DNA of 64,000 nt, from positions 242,234,001 to 242,298,000 of the forward strand of contig OZ024742.1 of NCBI GenBank assembly GCA_964016885.1, read 5' to 3'. Under the pieces are notes generated by a model. It had not been told where the DNA came from, searched no databases, and saw only the letters and a list, made by a program, of their open reading frames with translations. Made by a program: the position numbers and the translations under genes. The DNA is from Eledone cirrhosa. Lineage: Eukaryota. Below are positions 56,048 through 64,000 of this stretch, in pieces (position 1 is the stretch's first letter; each line of letters starts with the position of its first letter).

Positions 56048-56367
56048 CACGTAGCTCAATGGTTATGAGTGTTCGGCTAATGATCGTAAGATCATGTTTT
56101 CGATTTATGGTGGAATATTGTATAATTGAACAAGACACTTTATTTCAAGTTGTTTCATTCAACTGTAAATAAAGGAGTTGAAAACTTACTTCAAAGTACC
56201 AAACTTGGTACAGATCTTGCCTCACTGAATCCCCTTGAGAATTACGTTAACGGTACACGTGTTTGTGTAGTGCTTAGCTAGTTTCACCTTGAATTATGGA
56301 GCAGGCTATTTCGTTGAGAAAACAACTGGAATACTCATCGTCTCTATCGATGGAAGTACAACAACAA
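56048..56367 (+). mobile_element. SINE family B-like, diverged, with (CAA)n tail
   Basis: A-box TAGCTCAATGG, degenerate B-box TTCGATT, TTGAACAAGACACTTTATTTCA core, ending acaacaacaa. Confidence 0.6.
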
Positions 56368-57814
56368 ATGAAATTACAGAGCGATATGGATGGAAGAGAG
56401 CGATTCGCTCACACACCCATATACTTCTACTATTGGCACGTTCATGTCAGATATGAGAGGTAGATAAAATTTGCATGAAATTGTTCGCCTAAAATAATAC
56501 TTCAACTCAATAGGTAATCTGTAACTTACGTAAAGATATTTCTTTCTTCAATCACCAATTTAGTTAAATAAATGCAAGTCTGCGACAGATTATACGCAAC
56601 ATTAAAATTCAAATACAACTGCTAAATTTTGAACCATCGATTACATTTCACACCTGATGCATTAGAAGTATTTCATTTAATGGCATATTTCACTCAAGTC
56701 TGTAGTTCCTATAAAATACTAAACTAAATTATAATAAAGAGATTTAACCGTTTCATCTACTTAGTAAACATGTTACTACTAATCTACAGCGCTCTACGAA
56801 CATTGCGGACATAAACAGAACAGTCATCATAGTTGCTCCGCCGATAAGATCAATCACCATCAGATTTACATTATATTTGGTGAGGTATCCTTTTGACTTT
56901 ATAATTGCTAATTTTCGCTAATGACCTGATTCAAATTATATAAACATTATAGATATTTTGACAAGAATTCATTCTGTATTCACTGGAAGGCAGAACATGT
57001 CTCCTGAGCAGTCTGGATATGATGAAATTGCTTTCTAGTCTCCCAATTAATCAGATCCAATACTTTCAATTATATTAATGTCAGGGGACTACCTCAAATA
57101 TTATTGTCTTCTTTTTATATTCACAGGCTTGTTTGGTTTAATGTTATGATGTATTTTTACAGTAAAATATGTAGTTAAAACGAAACATGCGTTGTTTTCA
57201 GGGAAATAGATTTTGAATGCACGCTTTGCTTTTCACCATGCATAATATTACAACACCACAATGCGTTGTAGAAAACACTCATACACACATATTACAATGA
57301 GAAACTCCAAATAGCAACGAACATTGCATCAGCCAAGTAAATGTAATAATTATCCTCTACATGTATTAAGTGTATTTATCCCGTTAGTTTCAATCACCTT
57401 ACTATAAATTTCTCCTGTTGTCAGTTGGTCATAAGTAAGCCGAGAACCAAATGCTAAATATCGGGAAAAAAATCTTGCATCCATTCACAAAATAGGCCGC
57501 CTTACCTACATGAAAGCTTTATAGCAAGCGGCAAATGGAGAAAACTGAAAATGTATTAAGATAAGCAGGATTCGACCATTGTATAAGATCATATATACAT
57601 TAGATTCCATGAAGAGAAAATAACACATGTAAAAACTTAAGACTTGTAGTTGTGTAGTCGAGTGATTTAATAAGGTAACATATAAGGTAACTGTAGATTT
57701 ACCTGGTTTAGCATAGTGGAATTTTATTCATTCCCTAGAAATATTCTAGGAGTCTTGCAAGCCTTAGTATTTTGGAAGACATATAATAACAGTCATCATT
57801 AATCTTAATATAAA

Positions 57815-57988
57815 AGTATCGGTAGAGGGTCGAACGCCATGCTTTCCAGCATAGTTACGTCCCTTTACGATCTGAGTTCAAATCCCGCCGAGGTTGACTT
57901 TGCCTTTCATCCTTACGGGGTCGATAAAATAAAGTACCAGTAATGCACTGGGTAATTGCTGGCCTTGTGCCAAAAGTAGAAACAATTA
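57815..57988 (+). mobile_element. SINE family A, short form, slightly 5'-truncated
   Basis: Near-consensus. Duplication attaatcttaatataa at 57798 and 57985. Confidence 0.9.
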
Positions 57989-57999
57989 ATCTTAATATA

Positions 58000-58438
58000 A
58001 TTTTTTTGTTCATTTGACATGAGGCCAGCAGTTTAAAGAGAAGGGGGACATCGATTATACCTACCCTAGTGCGTTACAGGTACTTTATTTTATCGACCCC
58101 GTAAGGACAAAAAGAAAAAGAAATTCGGCGGCATTTGAACTCGGGTAACTATATGCAGCAAAGCATGTAATCCGATGCTCTACCGATACTACCAATGGAC
58201 CGCCCTTCGTCTTAATATAATAATGGCTTCTGATTTAGGCACAAGGCAAACAATTTTGGGGTAGGGGAAGTTGATTAAATCGACCCAGTGCGTTACTGGT
58301 ACTATATTTTATCGACTCTGTAAAGATGAAAGGCAAAGCTAATGTCGGCCGGATTTGATCTCAAAACGGAAAGACAGTAACTATATGCCGCAAAGCATGA
58401 TGTTTGACGCTCTACCGATGCTGCTAATCCATCACCCT
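58000..58438 (-). mobile_element. Two tandem older SINE family A copies, long form (58000-58206, 58220-58438)
   Basis: Diverged family consensus, separated and flanked by tctt(a/t)atataat. Confidence 0.82.
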
Positions 58439-58750
58439 TGATCTTTATATAATATTGAACACAAAATGTCATTAATATTTCACGAAAAAAACTTAGAGTA
58501 AAACATTAAAAACTAAGGAAATTAATCTTAGGGTGTATGAACAATTATCTATAAGGGTGCGGAAATATCAGACCTCGTTTGTATATATAATACTTACACT
58601 GTAAAATAAAGAACTATACAGCGACGACCATCTTACCGCATCCCATAATACAGATAGACACGGTATGGACATGGTATGAGCATACATAGAAGAATGTTAT
58701 TCAGTATATTCAATTACTCAATTTAAATATTTAAATCGAGTCCTGAAAAA

Positions 58751-58937
58751 TAATTGTTTCTACTTTTGGCACAAGGCCAGCAAATACCCAGTACATTACT
58801 GGTACTTTATTTTATCGACCCCGTAAGGATGAAAGGCAAAGTTAACCTCGGCGCGATTTGAACTCAGATTGTAAAGGGTTGTCTTTGCGTCAAACATGGA
58901 GTCCGACCCTCTACTGATACTGCCAATCCACCACCCT
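58751..58937 (-). mobile_element. SINE family A, short form
   Basis: Family consensus. ctgaaaa(a)taat on both sides. Confidence 0.9.
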
Positions 58938-59230
58938 ACTGAAAATAATAAATTCACATAACACTAAAACCGGAACACATGAAAACATTTGTACATTTAT
59001 ACAAATGAAGGAAGAATATACCTCAATAAGGCTACCAAACAGCCAGTCACCTATTATCCTTAAGGACAACACAAACAATACTAGTGAACATATTTCCAAT
59101 CTATCAAAAATAGGAAAATATTTATTAAAACAGACCCACGTTGCATCAGAGAATTGGTAAGAAGCGTTGTCAATATGTTAATGCATAGAGAGTAAAAATA
59201 CATCAAGAACTAATCAGCATAGAAAAAAAA

Positions 59231-59419
59231 ATAATTGTTTCTACTTTTGGCACAAGGCCAGCAATTATCCAGTGTATTACTGGTACTTTATTTTATTGAC
59301 CCCATAAGGATGAAAGGCAAAGTTAACCTCGGCGGGATTTGAACTCAGAATGGCAAGGGCCATAACTCTATGCGTCAAAGCATGGCGTCCGACCCTCTAC
59401 CGATACTCCCAATCCACCG
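59231..59419 (-). mobile_element. SINE family A, short form
   Basis: Family consensus. Shares the cagaatggcaaggg variant with 36025. Confidence 0.9.
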
Positions 59420-59874
59420 AAAAGTAATGTGCTTTAATCTTACGTACAATATAAGCATATAATTCTAATTAAATTTCCTAACTACCTCATATACTACAGC
59501 AATATTTAATCCTAAGTTTGTTTATTCACAGCAATCAAATATTTATCGTCAATATCTGTTATAAATACATTTTGCTGTTGCACATCAGAAATTTCCGTAT
59601 CACAAATTGTGAAGTCACTAAACACAACTATATATGAAGCAATATATGATGAAATTCTCTGAAAATTAAGAAATCTCATGAAAATGCAAAATTGATAGCA
59701 AATTACAAAATGGATTAAAGATTTAAATACACATTAATAGATAATCATTTTAAAATAATCAAAATGGGTTCAAATTTGTTCATTTCATACTCTTTATTTA
59801 ATAGTTATGTTTTCAATATAAAATAATTTTTCAATATAAAATAATTTTTTCAATATAAAAATTATTATCAAACA

Positions 59875-60094
59875 CAATGGTTTCTGATTCAGGCACATGG
59901 TCAACAATTTTTGGGAAGAGGAAAGTCAATTAAATAGACACCAGTGTATTACTGGTACTTTATTTTATCGACCCTATAAGGATGAAAGGCTAAGCTAAAC
60001 TTGGCGGGATTTGAACTCAGAATGTAAAAGGCTGTGACTCTACACCACTAAACAAGTTGTCCGATGCCCAACCTATTCTACCATTCCACCGCCT
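59875..60094 (-). mobile_element. SINE family A, long form, diverged
   Basis: Family consensus. Confidence 0.82.
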
Positions 60095-61993
60095 AACTGT
60101 TATTAAAAATAATAAGACCTCTTAAACAGTTTTTAACAATTTAGATTTAACTTTTGAAAGGTTTTATATCCCACAAGTAATTAAATATATTATATTCAGT
60201 CATATGTTGGCGACGTGCTGATATCTGGTACATGAATAAGGAGAATGTATATTTCAGTTGGTGACGCCTTTTACTAGATCATGGGGGAATTTTACTTGTA
60301 AACGCAAATTATTTCGAAAATAAGGACACGCCTTGAATGTGTTTCGATTGCTTTTATAAGGACAAGTATCAATAAAACTGAGACCAAATAATTTATAAAA
60401 ATGTTTAAATCGGTTTTCACATCATAAATCTACTTCATTTCAAGGACAATGTAAACTTAAGTGTAAAATGCAAAACCTTTCCAAAATACACTTATACAAA
60501 ATCAGAGAGAAAACAATGCCAGCCTTGTAGTTTCAAATTTTCAAAGAGCCATCACTAACGTAAAAAGGTTACATCTTGGTGTATCATTAACTAAAACACG
60601 GGTTTCGTTTGAATAGACAAATATAATATTAATTGAACAAAAATAATTTCGCAATCTCCATAGCATTCTCAAGTTTTGATTTACATAGATGGAAGTATAG
60701 AGCTATAAATACACTAAATAATTCTCGATACCTTATTTCAAATTGATGAAGCATAGCAGTTGTATATATATACTATTTTCACGAGCATCTACGTATCTAG
60801 GTGACTGCAGGAATTAGTTGGTGTAATTTCCAGTTATGCTTTAGTCAGTAATGTTCTTTATCGTTTCAGTTAACACAAATCAATACTGACATCTTGACAA
60901 ATTAGCTTATGGTAACTGAAACTGTGTTTAACACAACAAGATGGTTATTCTGTCACCTGGTTTAATTTCTCTCATTAGGAACACCTGTCTTCATGAACTA
61001 ACGGTTTATGAAAATACGAAGCAAAACATGACTTCAATGTTTCAATATTTACTATGCTAATAATTAGTTATTAGTTATCAGGAAAATTAATTTGTGATCA
61101 ATAGATAAAGTATCAGGGAATGCAAATATGTTGTTAAGATAAGAAAATATACAGAGTGACACTAATAATTTGAGACACGGTCTCGTCTAAGTATATTAAA
61201 ACGCTAATCCGTCAAAATTAGAAGGAAAAATTGTAAATTGATATTTCTGTCAACTCTTCTTATTTTCAGATGAATGGATATGTAGACGTGATCATGATAT
61301 TATTATATTGTCTTCCCATAGACTTCATGCCTGAAATTTGAAAAAAAAATGAGAAATAAGGTATGACGTAGCACTATTAATATGTGATTACCGATATATG
61401 TAAAACGATCCGTTTCCATCTTGGTTCATCATTTTTAATTTTAAAAATTGAATGTTTTCATCGAAACGGCACATTTTATTTGACGGGATAAAGGTATTAT
61501 CAATAGAATTGCTAACCCATATTACTAGTATCAATATACAGCTATATTTTAATAGGATATTAGTCATAGGAAGAAACCAATAGTTTGACATATCCAATAT
61601 TATAAGCATAATAAATAACTTTTATATCGGGAGGCTTAAAATGAGAAGTATTGATAACGTTATATCATTGTAGGTTCTACTATGAAATGTGGAACGCTAT
61701 CATCTCTGCTGTACCCTATACAATTAAACCTCAATTGTACAACACATCGGTCTTTAATAATGTAGAACACTACATTATGCTTTGGGCATGTGAACAGCAG
61801 TAAACAGTGACGAGGCTTTAATTAATACCCAATGCACAGTTCGAATCTTTTTTATCGGAATGTGCAGCGATAGAAACACTATCAATGTAGTTTCCTTTTT
61901 TATAGAATATTTTGCAATGCATCTGAGCAGTTAAACACTTCTAAAATTTAATATTAGAACCATCTATATTGCGACAATATTATTGTAATTATT

Positions 61994-62069
61994 GCACTGG
62001 GATCGATTTAGTCGACTTTCCCCTTCCATTCAAATTACTGACCTTGTGCCAAATGTAGAAACAATTATT
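61994..62069 (+). mobile_element. SINE family A long form, 3' fragment
   Basis: gcactgggatcgatttagtcgactttccc...ccttgtgccaaatgtagaaacaattatt. Confidence 0.75.
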
Positions 62070-62702
62070 TTCTCCCATGAAACTAAACACGTTCCATGGG
62101 TCAACACTTATCTCAAATGTCAGTGCTACTAAGAAGAGAGATAAACTCACATCTGTGTAAAACAATCTATTATAAAATTCTATTTAAGTAATATGTAATT
62201 ACTGAATGCATATGAAAGTATACCACTCAGTTTACTACTAGAAATAGCTGTGTAAGTTTACATTGAAGCATCACTTAAGCAATTTTATGTGCAGCATTTA
62301 TGGATTTCTAAGCTGTCTTCAGTTCAATGTAGATTATATTCTTACGCACATGGGCCGTTTCCATAGTAAAAAGGGCTAACTCTATTATATCAATGATATT
62401 TCTTCCTTTGGCGTAAAAAAATAAAAAGCCGCTACTTCAACTCAGACAGAGGAAGGAACTTAATTTCTATAAGATATTTTGTGTGTTTTTTTCTGTTCAG
62501 ATTATTTCCAATTTACTATAGTAAAATTAATTTTGTCTTGCCTTGTCGTAAGCCCCAAACTTCTGATGGAGCCATAGACAAGCCAACCTAACCTGCTGGT
62601 GTCCATATCTTTTTAAGTTTGAGGACAGACGATTTCTTCCAGATGGCTTGACTGAGTAAATGGGTGAATGAGTGAGAAAGAGAAATAAAATTCTATATTT
62701 GA

Positions 62703-62836
62703 TTGGTACTTTATTTTATCGATTCCCAAACGAGAACATACAAATTAGACTTCGGTAATATTTGAAACCTGTATGCAGAGAATCGGAACCAGTACCGCAA
62801 GGTATTCTAACCGTCGCTCTAGCATGTTTTCCGATT
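62703..62836 (-). mobile_element. Highly diverged SINE family A relic
   Basis: tggtactttattttatcga...tttgaa...accgcaagg...cgctct..ttccgatt. Confidence 0.55.
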
Positions 62837-63531
62837 AAGCTGTTGTTTTCAAATTTACAAACAGCATCGCATTATAGCGGCTGACGGGATTCCCCATGTT
62901 AGTATACGACGGCTCATTAAACGAGTTTGTCGATAGCTGTTTTTATGTTATCATTACGTGTATTTTCTACTTTATATTGTGAGAAATGATAAATGAAATA
63001 TTGAAAGATGTATAGTTTAGAACATCTTTTACACTGATTTTTAATCGAATTGAAAGTACCTATAATATTATCGAAAGATCGTAAATTGATAAGGATGTAA
63101 AAACTTTAATAATTTATGGTTTCCCTTGCAGACGCTGTTCAAAGTGTTGTTAGTGTGATATATATATACAAGGGGTTTCATAGGTTTAATGTAATTTTGT
63201 AATTCACTTAGTAAAATCCTCAATTAGTATACTATTAAACGTATTATGTGGCTCATTAATCCCTCTCCAATTAAGCAACTTCGGGAATTATATACTTCCA
63301 TTATCTAATTTTAACAGTTTTCCACTAATACATATATTGATAAATTTACTTATGGTAGTTTAAATTCTGTTCCGATGTCAAAAATATAATCATCATCATC
63401 ATCATCAGCAACAGCAGCAGCATTTTCATCGTCATTATCATCTACTTCTTATAGTAGTCGCTATAGTCATTCACTAATGATCAGTATTTCTGTCACCGGA
63501 GAATTGATATCACGTAGATGATAAATTACTT

Positions 63532-63847
63532 CATGTGTCCTAGTGGTAAGGGTGTTGGTCGTATGATTATAATGTTGAATGTTCGATTCCTGGACTGAGT
63601 TGTTTGTGGTATTCTTAAGCAAAACACTTCATATCCCGTTGCTCCAGTATACTCAACCGAAAATGAGTACCAGTAATAGATGGTTTAACTCTGCATATTA
63701 TTAATGAAAATATTTACAATGGATCCTACTGTGAAATAAAACTACTTTAGTTCAATAAAGGAACAAAAATGGTAACAGTGAAGGGCGGTGCCACAACATT
63801 GCCTCAGCCGGATGGCTAGAACAGGTAAAAGAGGGTAAAAGTAAAAG
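63532..63847 (+). mobile_element. SINE family B-like, diverged, with (GTAAAA)n-like tail
   Basis: CCTAGTGG A-box, GTTCGATTCC B-box, CTTAAGCAAAACACTTCAT..CGTTGCTCCAGT.ACTCA..AAATGAGTA core. Confidence 0.65.
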
Positions 63848-64000
63848 TGAACTATTAACATTGAGTTAATTTAAACAAAGAAACTTAGTGAACTATATGG
63901 GAAGGAATCAATACCAAACACAGAAATAAGAGGATACCTCTCTATAATAATGTATCCTTCATTTAAGTTTAAGGTTCAATTACTGACGTATGTATGCTAT

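Noticed and set aside
58937-59160. Open frame LLKIINSHNTK...SNLSK...NW, faintly like the Penelope linker/GIY-YIG region
   Set aside because: The Cys cluster and YIG motif are absent, so the similarity is too weak.

Overview
AT-rich, microsatellite-dense eukaryotic DNA. The tRNA-derived SINEs and repeat landscape suggest an octopod cephalopod (inference, not verified). The only host gene I can support is the last two coding exons (6891-7089 and 8441-8694, +) of an NR1-subfamily nuclear receptor ligand-binding domain, most similar to PPAR. About 24 kb (11450-35504) is one 27-bp minisatellite of roughly 890 monomers with higher-order structure. Its minus strand reads as long (IQLIHHSNC/S)n ORFs, which are probably non-coding, and its two ends appear to preserve the seed from which it grew. 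The rest is mobile DNA: about 26 copies of one SINE family, often stacked at the same target duplication; a second SINE type; an R4/Dong-like RLE retrotransposon 3' end; decayed RTE LINEs and an RTE-derived non-autonomous element; Penelope-type fragments with minimal hammerhead ribozyme motifs; a Tc2/pogo-like MITE; and an unclassified (TA)n-associated long-hairpin element. There are also (TA)n-hinged fold-back rearrangements. Nearly all other ORFs in the track are simple-repeat artefacts. Family assignments come from my recall of motifs, with no database search.
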